Of a DNA stretch of 32,000 nt, positions 10,025 through 19,401 are shown piece after piece. Within the stretch, counting starts at the first letter, position 1. The number at the start of each line of letters is the position of its first letter. Where the stretch lies: the NCBI GenBank assembly GCA_002794465.1, contig MTSL01000065.1:80450-112449 (forward strand). Reading direction: 5' to 3'. The translations under genes were made by a program, and so were the position numbers. The notes beneath the pieces were generated by a model. The model had not been told where the DNA came from. It searched no databases and saw nothing but the letters and a program-made list of their open reading frames with translations. This DNA comes from Paramicrosporidium saccamoebae KSL3 (Eukaryota > Fungi > Cryptomycota).

Positions 10025-10516
10025 TTACTGAAAAACTGTGCCCTCTGAAGGCTGGGCAGCCTTCTTATTTGCGCCAGATGCCATTTCCCGTCGAATATCT
10101 CCCAGAACACTTTCCATAGTATTATTACGTGACCATGAGCCCAAGCTGCGAATTCCGGTTCCCAGGACCTAACATTACAACCAAACAATCCATGTACCCT
10201 TCCACTCCGCTGGTCCACAAAGGACAAGTTCACCTTTGACAAAAAGTACACCTCTGGCGGCGCCTCTGGATACTTCTCTCCACACTCAATCCGCAGCGAG
10301 TAAATTCTATTTTCGTGCACACTCTACAATTAGCCACGAATCGGAGCGTACAAAGGGCGGCCCCAGGACGGTGGCGTTCCAGTGGGTTAGGGTAATGTCG
10401 TCACCCGCAGCAAGACCATAGCTGATACTGCCGTCGCCAATACCCTTCTCTCCATTCTCGAGCTCCTCCAACAGACGAAAGTTACGCGGGATGCTCATGT
10501 TGCTGTTGGTGGGCAT
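10025..10516 (-). CDS. MMS2: Ubiquitin-conjugating enzyme variant Mms2/Uev1, 2 introns
   Basis: [27 protein letters not shown]...[36 protein letters not shown]...KVNL, and C-terminal [29 protein letters not shown]. Introns are 28 and 29 nt. Confidence 0.93.
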
Positions 10517-10571
10517 TTAAGAGAAATTTTGGTTTCTTTTTATTCTGATTTCCTAAGGATACAAAGATCTT

Positions 10572-10886
10572 TTAGTTACGCTCAAAGTGAGAAGGAGAGG
10601 CAACCTAGAGATGAGCAGTGAACGCAGGTGCTACTCTTATCTTTGAGTTGTCAACATGAACGCGTCCGAGCTCTGGATCTTGGAATGGCTGGTTAATAGG
10701 TATCTCACTCTCATCATAGTAGTCCTCCTGGCGGCCCCAATTTCCCTTGCCCCCGCCACTCTTCTTGAAGTTGGCGGGATGGTAAGCCGTGGCGCGGGGT
10801 GCATGTCGGTCTTTGATGGCCGCGTTCTTAGACCTAACTATGAGGGCTCATAAATGAATTAGTTACTTTGGTTCCGTACGAGTCAT
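10572..10886 (-). CDS. 83-aa STF2/TMA10-like microprotein with a HABP4/PAI-RBP1-type KKxGxGxxNWG motif, 2 introns
   Basis: Exons 10886-10867, 10833-10635 and 10604-10572 give MTRTEPKSKNAAIKDRHAPRATAYHPANFKKSGGGKGNWGRQEDYYDESE...ERN. Not in the ORF track. Confidence 0.65.
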
Positions 10887-10960
10887 ACTTTCGTCCTGGA
10901 TATATCCCGGCAACCTTGAAAGATGCTTTTTATACCCGACTGCTAGAAGCCTTATTTGAG

Positions 10961-10968
10961 CCAATCAG
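10961..10968 (+). promoter_or_regulatory. CCAAT box (GAGCCAATCAG) upstream of the STF2-like gene
   Basis: Match to the NF-Y/HAP consensus, 75 bp upstream of ATG 10886. Motif match only. Confidence 0.35.
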
Positions 10969-11174
10969 AAGGGACCTACCTCTCGTTTCCATAAACAATG
11001 CGTCCATCCAATGGGTCTTGTTTATTCTAGAATGAGGATCATCATTGGATCTATTGCTATATGAGATAGGTCAATTGTTTATAGTGGGCAAAGACAGAAT
11101 AGTAGCCATGCAATTTAAGGTTTGTATCAAAGATCTTTTGCTTGGGTTGTGAAGCGGGGGGTATGTGACAATGC

Positions 11175-11333
11175 CACTTTGTTGAGAGTTGTGGTAATAT
11201 CATTTTGTTAAGAGGTGTGGTAATATCATTTTGTTGAGAGTTGTGGTAATATCATTGTGTTGAGAGCTGTGGTAATATCATTGTGTTGAGAGTTGTGGTA
11301 ATATCACTTTGTTGAGAGTTGTGGTAATATCAT
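11175..11333. repeat. 26-bp minisatellite, 6 copies (consensus CA(T/C)T(T/G)TGTTGAGAGTTGTGGTAATAT)
   Basis: Units at 11175, 11201, 11227, 11253, 11279 and 11305, head-to-tail with at most a few substitutions each and no spacers. Confidence 0.93.
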
Positions 11334-11528
11334 CTTGCTAGGCCTTTAACCAGTGGTTTTATCCCTTCATAGCTAGGTACGTATCACTAGCTACGTCGAG
11401 CTGAACCAGCCCATGTGCTTCTTTGATTTAGCTTACCAAATTAATGCACATGCACCGTTGATCTAGACATGCTAAATTAACCCGTGCGCCTCGTCGAGTT
11501 AGACATTTCAAGTCAGCTTACATGCGCC

Positions 11529-11945
11529 TCACCGCTTCCGTCGCGGTTTTTTAAGAACCTTTGCTTTTACCGTGTCGCATATTTTACAAACCGTTAAAAG
11601 TCGCTTTGTACCATTTGCTCTTTCCACATGGATTGGGTCTGAATTAATGCCCGGTACCAGAAACGAGTAGCATGATTTGCAAGTCATTCGCTTTACTTGT
11701 GGGTCGATTCGAATGACCAACTTTTGGGCAACATCCTTCATAGTCTTCATGTAGAAACGACTCAAGTCCGGACCGCCGTCGACAACAGCCATCAATGCGG
11801 CCGCCTGGCTCAGAAAGTTCATGCGAATCAGCGCTTCAGGGTTGGGAACGCCGCGGCCGACAATATCCTTCGAGGACCTTATACTTCCAGAAGTGTCAAC
11901 CGGCACGTTGATAGGGTCGTGACCAGTGACATCTGAAGACGACAT
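11529..11945 (-). CDS. RPR2: RNase P protein subunit Rpr2/Rpp21
   Basis: RMNFLSQAA...SRFYMKTMKDVAQKLVIRIDPQVKRMTCKSCYSFLVPG...VCKIC: the two CxxC zinc-ribbon motifs of Rpr2/Rpp21. Confidence 0.85.
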   Translation of the reverse strand: MSSSDVTGHDPINVPVDTSGSIRSSKDIVGRGVPNPEALIRMNFLSQAAALMAVVDGGPDLSRFYMKTMKDVAQKLVIRIDPQVKRMTCKSCYSFLVPGINSDPIHVERANGTKRLLTVCKICDTVKAKVLKKPRRKR

Positions 11946-12043
11946 TTATCCCCGGCTGGCCCTCCTGGACATACGAAACAAAGTGCAATTTATTAGTGCA
12001 AAGTAGAATACAAGAAAGAAAGTTGGCAAAATCAGCAGCAACC

Positions 12044-13309
12044 CTACCAGATGTAAAGTGGAGTAGTGTAATCCGACGGGTTCGGCAGCCCCCGACGCCT
12101 AGAATTTGCTGATTGGGGTGTCGAGCTCTCTTCTGAGGAGAATAACCGGGTTTCAGGGGATGCTGACTTTCCAGTCTGTCTATTTGGTGAGGATGTAGCT
12201 GGAAGGGGGCTTGGTATTAAGTCTTGTGATGAATTTAGCGTGGAGTCCAATTTTAAATCCGTCGCTGAATCCAAGGCCGAGTCCACCAGTGGATCCATGC
12301 GGCCCGATGGAACCGGAGCTCCAGGCCGACAAGGAGGAGAGGCGCCTAATAGCGGCGGAGGACATGATTCTGGCCTCTTTGTCTCTGCCGTACTTTTGCT
12401 CAGAAGCATGGTCAGCATGGATACATTGGGTCTGTCAGAATGGGGAGGGGATGCGTGTTTCCGCGCGAGCTGGCCATGCCGCCTAAACAAGACATTTCCG
12501 TCTACTTCCTCTTTCGTCCTAGACAGAATCTCGCCAACCGAGCCGACCGAAATGGTGTCGTTCGTCGAACCGACGCTGGAATGTTCCGCCGCTGCATGTC
12601 GCACTGGCGCTTCCTTTGGTAAAATCATAATGTGCTTCTCCTCTAACAATGTATTCTTAGCCTCTTCAGCTTGCTCAGAAATTTTTTCCAGCGAATAAAG
12701 TTGTTGCCGTTTGATAAACTTGTCCACATTCTTCTTCCGCCGCCTTGAGGACTCAATTTTGTTGGTAATGACGCTAGAGTTGGACGTGGTGGATTCTGAG
12801 GATTCTATTGTGGCAGCAGCATCGGGACTCGTAGCAGTCAACGCAGTAGTTGATGTTTGGGTAGAATCGAGTGAATAGGGTCTATCCGCCATGACAGGGC
12901 CGCCAGCGCGCACCGAAGCCCGCTGGATTTCCAACAGGATTGCCGAGTACCCTTGACTGTATGTTGTGGTTGGCCTGGCCACCAAACGGGGTATTGCTGT
13001 TGCCTGGGAACGTATCTGGGACTCGCCTCGGGCCACCTCCAGCTCCACCTCGCGTCTCTCTCGTTCAGCCTTCTCGAGTTGGTTCTTTCGATGCCAGGCA
13101 CGCCAAGTCAGGTTCTCAAACCGCTCTCCTTCGGCCATGACCGATTTCACCTTTGTGGCAACCTTCCACATTGAATAGAGAGAGTCCTCAGATGCCTCTG
13201 AGGAGAAGACCTTTTGGGCGATATGCTTTGCAGAGTCATTGTCGTTGGGATGGTCCGTTTGCTCCGTGGACTGGAGTTCCATAAATACCGGTTGCAGGAG
13301 CAGGGCCAT
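12044..13309 (-). CDS. Fungal DUF1752 (PF08550, AreA-like N-terminal) domain protein, Mks1/Reg1-like regulator
   Basis: LYSMWKVATKVKSVMAEGERFENLTWRAWHRK matches the DUF1752 signature (MW.......G.RLENL.WR). The remainder is S/T/P-rich with an SMLTMLL motif and a terminal Trp. Confidence 0.7.
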   Translation of the reverse strand: MALLLQPVFMELQSTEQTDHPNDNDSAKHIAQKVFSSEASEDSLYSMWKVATKVKSVMAEGERFENLTWRAWHRKNQLEKAERERREVELEVARGESQIRSQATAIPRLVARPTTTYSQGYSAILLEIQRASVRAGGPVMADRPYSLDSTQTSTTALTATSPDAAATIESSESTTSNSSVITNKIESSRRRKKNVDKFIKRQQLYSLEKISEQAEEAKNTLLEEKHIMILPKEAPVRHAAAEHSSVGSTNDTISVGSVGEILSRTKEEVDGNVLFRRHGQLARKHASPPHSDRPNVSMLTMLLSKSTAETKRPESCPPPLLGASPPCRPGAPVPSGRMDPLVDSALDSATDLKLDSTLNSSQDLIPSPLPATSSPNRQTGKSASPETRLFSSEESSTPQSANSRRRGLPNPSDYTTPLYIW

Positions 13310-13909
13310 ATTGTCAAAGAAACGCGGCGAGGCCGAGTTTGATGGTGCGAGTGGGGGAGACGTTTTTGGAGATTGGGGCAGAGATAAGGGAGGTGCACTG
13401 GATGGGCCCGGTGCCGCTCGATTATAAAGAGTGGCTTGAGTAGACTGCCCGTTGTGTCACACCCCTCACCGCGCGCCCTGGTCCTTGCACGAAAAAGGCA
13501 GGAGCTAAAGTCACATGAAGTTCGACCACTTTCTTATCATCTCATCGCCTCTACAACTGTCGACCAAAATTCAGTATGTAGCAAAGATCTTGAATATAAT
13601 GATTTGAGGAATATAAATATTACAACGATGATGATGGCAAGACCGAACATTGCCGTCTGACTCTGCAAACACTCTTCCGCTTTGGCGGCCATCGGATCTA
13701 TTTATTACTCATGCCATAAAGATGTATCAAGTTCTACAAAAACAATGCTGGATTATGCCACAACACTCGGAATTGACGCGGGATCGGCGTCGATTGGACG
13801 AGAAAAGCCCGGGCTGGCTGGTCATTCCGAGTTGTGACGCGGCCCTCGCAGCAGCACCATGTTCGACACTTTGCAAACAGTAGACTTTCATTCATCCAAC
13901 ACTCTAACC

Positions 13910-15271
13910 ATGAAGAGGCCAGAGGAACTGGAGCAGGACGAGAATGCCGATAAGAGATTCGGAGCCAAGCTGATAGAGTCCAAAGGCCTCGCGGCGTTGG
14001 CGGGTTCTGCAGCCGCTGCGCGTCGGAATGTATTGGGCGATAAGAGCAATGTTGTTCAGTCGGTGCGCGGGAATGATTAAATTGATGGTTGTAGATTTCC
14101 GGGCCGGCTGCTCGCAATCTCCGCTCAACCACCCTCCAGACTCGCGCCAAGGTAACCAGGCACTACATTGCTCACTCTCGGCAGGTCCCTTCTCGTTCTG
14201 CGGGTATTGTTGAGCGCGCATGTATCGAGTCTGAGCAGCAGCTCCCCACCACTGCAGCGGATAAGGAGAACATTGCACCCAACATGATTTGTGTCCCGTC
14301 CATGTCTATGATGCGCGTGGATCGTCCTGTGGAGAGAGATTGGGACGATTTGGATGCCGAAGATGCCGGCGATCCTCTCATGGTCTCGGAATATGTCGTG
14401 GAAATCTTTGAGTACATGCGCCATCTTGAAGTATCCCCAACAGCCATGCTAACTCTATGTGTAGAAGAACATTATGCCTCAAGTGGATTACATGGAGAAT
14501 CAGAAAGAGTTGAATTGGCACGCAAGAAGTGTTCTAATTGATTGGCTCGTTGAGGTGCAATGGAAATTGAAGCTTCTCCCAGAGACTCTGTTTCTTTCAG
14601 TGAATATTATTGATCGTTTTCTTTCTAAACGAAGCGTCTCGCTGGTCAAACTGCAGCTTGTTGGCATGGCGGCGACGTTGCTTGCTTCCAAGTATGAGGA
14701 AGTGTTATCACCCTCCATTGCCAACTTGGTATACTTGGCGGAGAATGCTTATGACGAGCAAGAGCTTCTGAAAGCTGAGCGCTACATGCTCCATGTGCTC
14801 GCCTTTTCTCTTGCCTATCCGTCTCCGCTGGTGTTCTTGCGCCGCATCTCAAAGGCTGAAGATTATGACGTGCGAAGCAGGACGTTGGCCAAATATTTGA
14901 TGGAGCTCTGTTTGCTTGATCTGAACTTTGTCTCCTGTCCGCCTTCCATGGTAGCGGCAGTGTCCATTTTCCTTGCCCGTGAAATGCTCAAAAGCGGTCC
15001 TTGGGTACTGTTTGTGTTTGGCCACGCTAATTCTTAGACTGCCAACTTGAGACACTACAGCGGCGAGTACTCGAAGGAGGAGGTGCAGCAATGGGCTGAC
15101 GTGTTGATCGAGTTTCTCAAGAAGCCCGTTACCTACGAGGCGGTTTACAAAAAGTATGCTCTAAAGAAGATGATGAAGGCAAGCCTTTTTGTGGCTGACT
15201 ATATGAAGAGAAACTACAATGTGCCCCTTCACACCCTTCGTGATACCGGCAAGAGTGTCTTCTCCGCCTAA
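13910..15271 (+). CDS. B-type mitotic cyclin (Cdc13/Clb-like), 3 introns
   Basis: D-box RNVLGDKSN, KEN box (DKENIAP), DPLMVSEYVVEIFEYM, cyclin box RSVLIDWLVEVQWKLKLLPETLFLSVNIIDRFLS...LQLVGMAATLLASKYEEV, and FLRRISKAEDYD. Introns are 32, 34 and 33 nt. An in-frame upstream ATG lies at 13859. Confidence 0.93.
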
Positions 15272-15386
15272 TTTGACTTGACGCGTGAAGGTTTTGTAAA
15301 CACAACCATAATACACTTGTGGAATAATTTGCCACTCCCGAATCGTAGGATGTGAGGTAGTAACTGCGTGGTAGTAGGGTAGTGGG

Positions 15387-15588
15387 CTGTTCAGCAGGTT
15401 CTTTACTCAGGGCGGACCATGTTAGTCTTTATTTACAATTAGCGGCCTTAGTTCAGAGCCATCTCTCAATCCAATCCCGACATATTGATGATGGCGGCTT
15501 ATAAAGGCCCCGGATACTTTAATAGTCCCATTCACTATTCAACAGATTCTTTACTCAAAGCCCTGATTCGTATTTCCTCTCTCAATCC
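15387..15588. repeat. Degenerate two-motif direct repeat in the convergent cyclin/AASS intergenic region
   Basis: ctgttcagcaggttctttactca (15387-15409) vs ctattcaacagattctttactca (15535-15557); tctctcaatcc at 15462-15472 and 15578-15588. Confidence 0.6.
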
Positions 15589-15632
15589 CACGCACCCTCA
15601 CTATCGCTCTTGCTCTCGCTCGTGGCATTGAC

Positions 15633-18498
15633 CTATTTACTACTCGTCTCATTAAATCGGATCCCTGCAACTGATTCTAGTCGTTGCAGCATTGGATTGT
15701 ATATTGTCGGCATGAGCGGGGCTAGCACACCGGTATGGCGCAGAGCGTCATCCAAGATCATTTCAGCGGCCACTGCGGCGGGATATCCGACTGTTCGTGC
15801 CATTGCGCTGAAGCCGCCAATCTCGCCATATTCAATCAACGAAGAGCTCCTTTTCTCCATTGTTCCGTCTCTTTTCTTAATTACAAACTCGTGCTGCATG
15901 ACAACCATATCACGCTCTCCAGGCTCATACTTTAACTTTTGTTGGAGCAGGTCGCAGAAGCTATCAAGCATAGTAGTCTTGGCCACGAATGGCTCGGCAG
16001 AATTCAGACCAAGCCATTCAATTGCTTCCAAAGCTTTGCCGTCTAGCTGCTGCGTATTGAGCCTCGAATAAACCTCTTGCCACGATTTGCAAGTTGCCAG
16101 CTGGGTATCAATCGAATCCAGGCTAAATAGACCCATTTGTCGGAGTTGGCGCATAGTATCGCAAAACCCCTTATACCGAAGAGTTCCCCTTAGCATGGTG
16201 GGAATGCCAACCAGATCATATAATTGTTCATATTTCAAGGAATCTCGATTTGGGATTCCTTCCAAGTTAAATCTGGAGTGAAATGGATTCAACTTGACTG
16301 ACGCTAATAGCTGGTCGCCAGGAATGGAAATCTCTTTTCCATCTTGACGGTAGCGGGCTGAATTCAGAGCAGCCAGTAGCACTCCACGAGGACTCCAACT
16401 GAATTTGTAACCTATTGGGTTGTCGGCACATTCGGGTGCTGGTAGGCCGCCACACCATGAGGTAAAAGAGACGACCTAGATAAACTGATGGTATTGAGAC
16501 TGCATGTACCTCGTGTCCGCTCGCTTTAGCCTCGTCAATAATCTTCTTGGCCGACAAGTGATCCAGTCCAGGATCCAGCCCAATCTCATTCAAAAACAAC
16601 AGCCCCTTCTCCTGTGCTCTACATGGTGTCAATTTATCGTTGTACGTTACAGATCGTGCAAGTCTTGCATTTGGGGAGATATATAGCTGGCCGTGACCAA
16701 ATGGGCACCCTTCTCGAGACAAGCCTGAGCCACAGGAAGATGCATCGTAGCTGGAATCAAGCTGATGACAACATCGGAACTCTTTATAACCGTTCGCAGA
16801 CTTTCTCCATTGGAGACATCAAGCTGCACTACTTTGGCTCCATTTTCAGCCAGTTGGGAGAGTCGAGTCGCTTCGGATAGCAAGTTTGATCCTTATAACT
16901 GTAACGACATGAACACCGCGTACCTATTACAAGCTCAATGTCCCCTCGACTGCCAAGATGTTTTACGACCGGACCGGCGACAAACCCAGATCCCAACACG
17001 ACGACTCGTTTCTTATCATTAGCTGCTAGGTGTGCGGCAAGCCACTGGTGTCTCTGTTGCAAGGCCCCTTGAGACGCAATTGTGGCATTTTCGATCACGG
17101 GAGCCTTGGGACCTTCTTTAACAAACATTTCCAGCACTGGCATTAACTTGCTTCCAAAGTACTCGGTTGCATCCCGCGGCAGTTCGGCAGGTAGATTATC
17201 CACTGACATGATTTGCAACTTTTTCGGCCCATCTCCATAATAAAAGAATGGGTCGTCAATTGTAGTTGCCCTCTGGGTGACTTCAATAGATCCCTACAAA
17301 TTAACTATTTGGACATTGTGAAAACTTCCATGTCGCACGAAATATCTGCAATCGTCGCAAGTTTGGAATTTGGATCTTTCAGGAGATTATTAATTTGGGA
17401 CCTGGTCAGGATTTTGGGGTATCGACTCTCCCAGTAGATCCCATTAACTATCGCGGTTGCATATGGTGCATAGTTGTCATGAAAGACAGAGTAAAACTGT
17501 TCCGGGCTGGTGGTGTATTCTTGCAGCGAGAACAACTTTCCTTCCTTGTGGACACAGTAATCCTTTGCCTCTACTACACAAAGATAGACCACGTGAGCTA
17601 CATTGTGAGCAAGTGAGGTAAAACTTACGGTCAAAACTCTTTGATAGGCTGGCTACTTCAGAGGGCTCGATAAATTTGTGCGGCAGATTTTGCGCAATCT
17701 CTTGGGCACCCTGAAATCATCAAAACATTTGGCACTATCCACCTTGGAGACATTCCCATTGCCTGTAAACAGAATGACAAGTGGTTGAAGACATTTCCCC
17801 AACAGCCCCGAGCTGATGGCTGCACCCACATTGCGGATACTCTCACAGGCATCATGGAGAGAGCGATATGTATGACTTTGTGCTATATTCTAAGTACTTG
17901 TTAATCGTATGGATATATCACACCAGTAAGGGGGTCCTAAAACCACGGGCAAGCAATTGAAGTCCAATTCCATGCAGACAATTAATCATTCCCGCGTAAC
18001 CAGCAAACGCTCCGAACGCAACAGCTCTACGGCCCTCAGCATCAGTGAGAAGCTCATAGTCAACGAGCCTGCTACCCGAAGCAAGAAACTGTTTGAGAAG
18101 GGACATGTTATGAGATTGTCCTTTGTGAGTATGAGAGAAGCAAAAATACGTCTTGTCAGGAACGATATCTTCAACCGCAACTTCCTTTACTCCAACTATC
18201 ACTTTACAATCTGTCAAGTCTGTCGAGATCTCAGCTCCAGCCTACAAAGTTACAATGGTGCATAGTCATCTACTCGCTCATATTCTGCATCAGAAAATAT
18301 TCTGGTATGCGATGGCTGGACGACAAAGTTGACGCCGAGATGGCTTCGCAAGGCTTGAACGTGCTCTGGTGCCAGCGGAGCTCTTGCCTCCCAGACGCTC
18401 TTATCCTCCCTTCGTATCCCTATATTTAGCCATCTCTGCCCAGTCCGGGTCCGCAACTGCGCCCAATCCGCTCGTAACAATGTTCGCCAAACAAGCAT
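15633..18498 (-). CDS. AASS: Bifunctional lysine-ketoglutarate reductase/saccharopine dehydrogenase (alpha-aminoadipic semialdehyde synthase), 8 introns, about 868 aa
   Basis: Arg-rich transit-like N-terminus; LKR motifs [64 protein letters not shown]; then SDH motifs [62 protein letters not shown]. The model closes in frame. Confidence 0.95.
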
Positions 18499-18745
18499 TG
18501 CAACCCACAATTTGTTTAGAATGGAACAGTATAAATGAGTGACCGGGGATCAAAATCCTTACAAAGTCGATGCGGGCCAGAGTTGTAACGGTGACACAGT
18601 GAGCCTGTTACGCTTGAGCGCCGCTAGAGAATTGCAACACCCATTTGATTATTCTGCGTTGGTTGGGGTAATCATAAGAAAGCTTGCGTACAATTCTATA
18701 ATTTCAATATATAAAATCAATTGGAGAGCAGCCGGGCTACGCAAA

Positions 18746-19154
18746 ATGGCCGATGACGCCGAGACTCCCAAGGTCATGCCGCTCGGTACCCTCTCAACGT
18801 CCGTCTTTACAACTGTTAGAAATGATAGACAAGTGTATTGGCTCCAAAATTTGGATCATTCTCAAGTCTAAAAAAGAATTTGTGGGCACACTGCTCGGCT
18901 TTGACGACTATGTCAGTAACAAGCCCTATGCAACCTAATTGTAACTATAGATATGGTTTTGGATGATGCAGTTGAATAGTATGAGCGAAAAATTCAATCC
19001 AGTAACCTGTAGTGACGCGCAACCCGATGGAACGTATCGGTCACAAAAAGTTGGACATTTGTTACTGAACAGTAACTCTGTATGCATGGTACATTTACTT
19101 TCAGTTCTGTTTAATAATATTCAGTATGTTCCTGGTGGAAAGGGTCCCATGTAG
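18746..19154 (+). CDS. LSM5: U6 snRNA-associated Sm-like protein Lsm5, 4 introns
   Basis: Spliced: [55 protein letters not shown]...[19 protein letters not shown]. Confidence 0.93.
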
Positions 19155-19260
19155 TATCGTTAAATAAACGGCATAGGTCCCGTGTAGTATTACCGAGGGA
19201 TCCGCGTGATAATACCAAAGAATCCGTGTGATCATATCGAGGATCCGTGTGATGATATCC
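19143..19260. repeat. Decayed short tandem array beginning at the LSM5 stop codon
   Basis: ggtcccatgtagtat (19143), ggtcccgtgtagtat (19176), gatccgcgtgataat (19199), aatccgtgtgatcat (19221), gatccgtgtgatgat (19242). Confidence 0.6.
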
Positions 19261-19401
19261 CAGTTCTCTGCAAGTCTCGTGCAATGGTATCATTTACATC
19301 TCGTCGTCAATCCTCCCCCCACAACACAAGCCCTGTGCAGAGCCCATTGGATAGGCCGCTCCTAATCAGGCATAACCTAGTACCGGGATTCTGAAGCTTA
19401 A

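Noticed and set aside
11175-11333. CRISPR array interpretation of the 26-bp repeats
   Set aside because: The units are directly head-to-tail with no unique spacers, there are no cas genes, and the context is eukaryotic.
11369-11393. Small hairpin TAGCTAG...CTAGCTA
   Set aside because: A 7-bp self-complementary low-complexity stem, expected by chance.
13574-13608. GTATGT...AG 35-nt intron-like segment in the DUF1752/cyclin divergent gap
   Set aside because: Splicing gives only a TTG-started 82-codon frame or a 36-aa ATG peptide with no recognisable features; not enough for a gene call.
15353-15362. TGAGGTAGTA matches the first 10 nt of let-7 miRNA
   Set aside because: The match stops at 10 nt, no precursor hairpin is evident, and the lineage is not animal; expected by chance.
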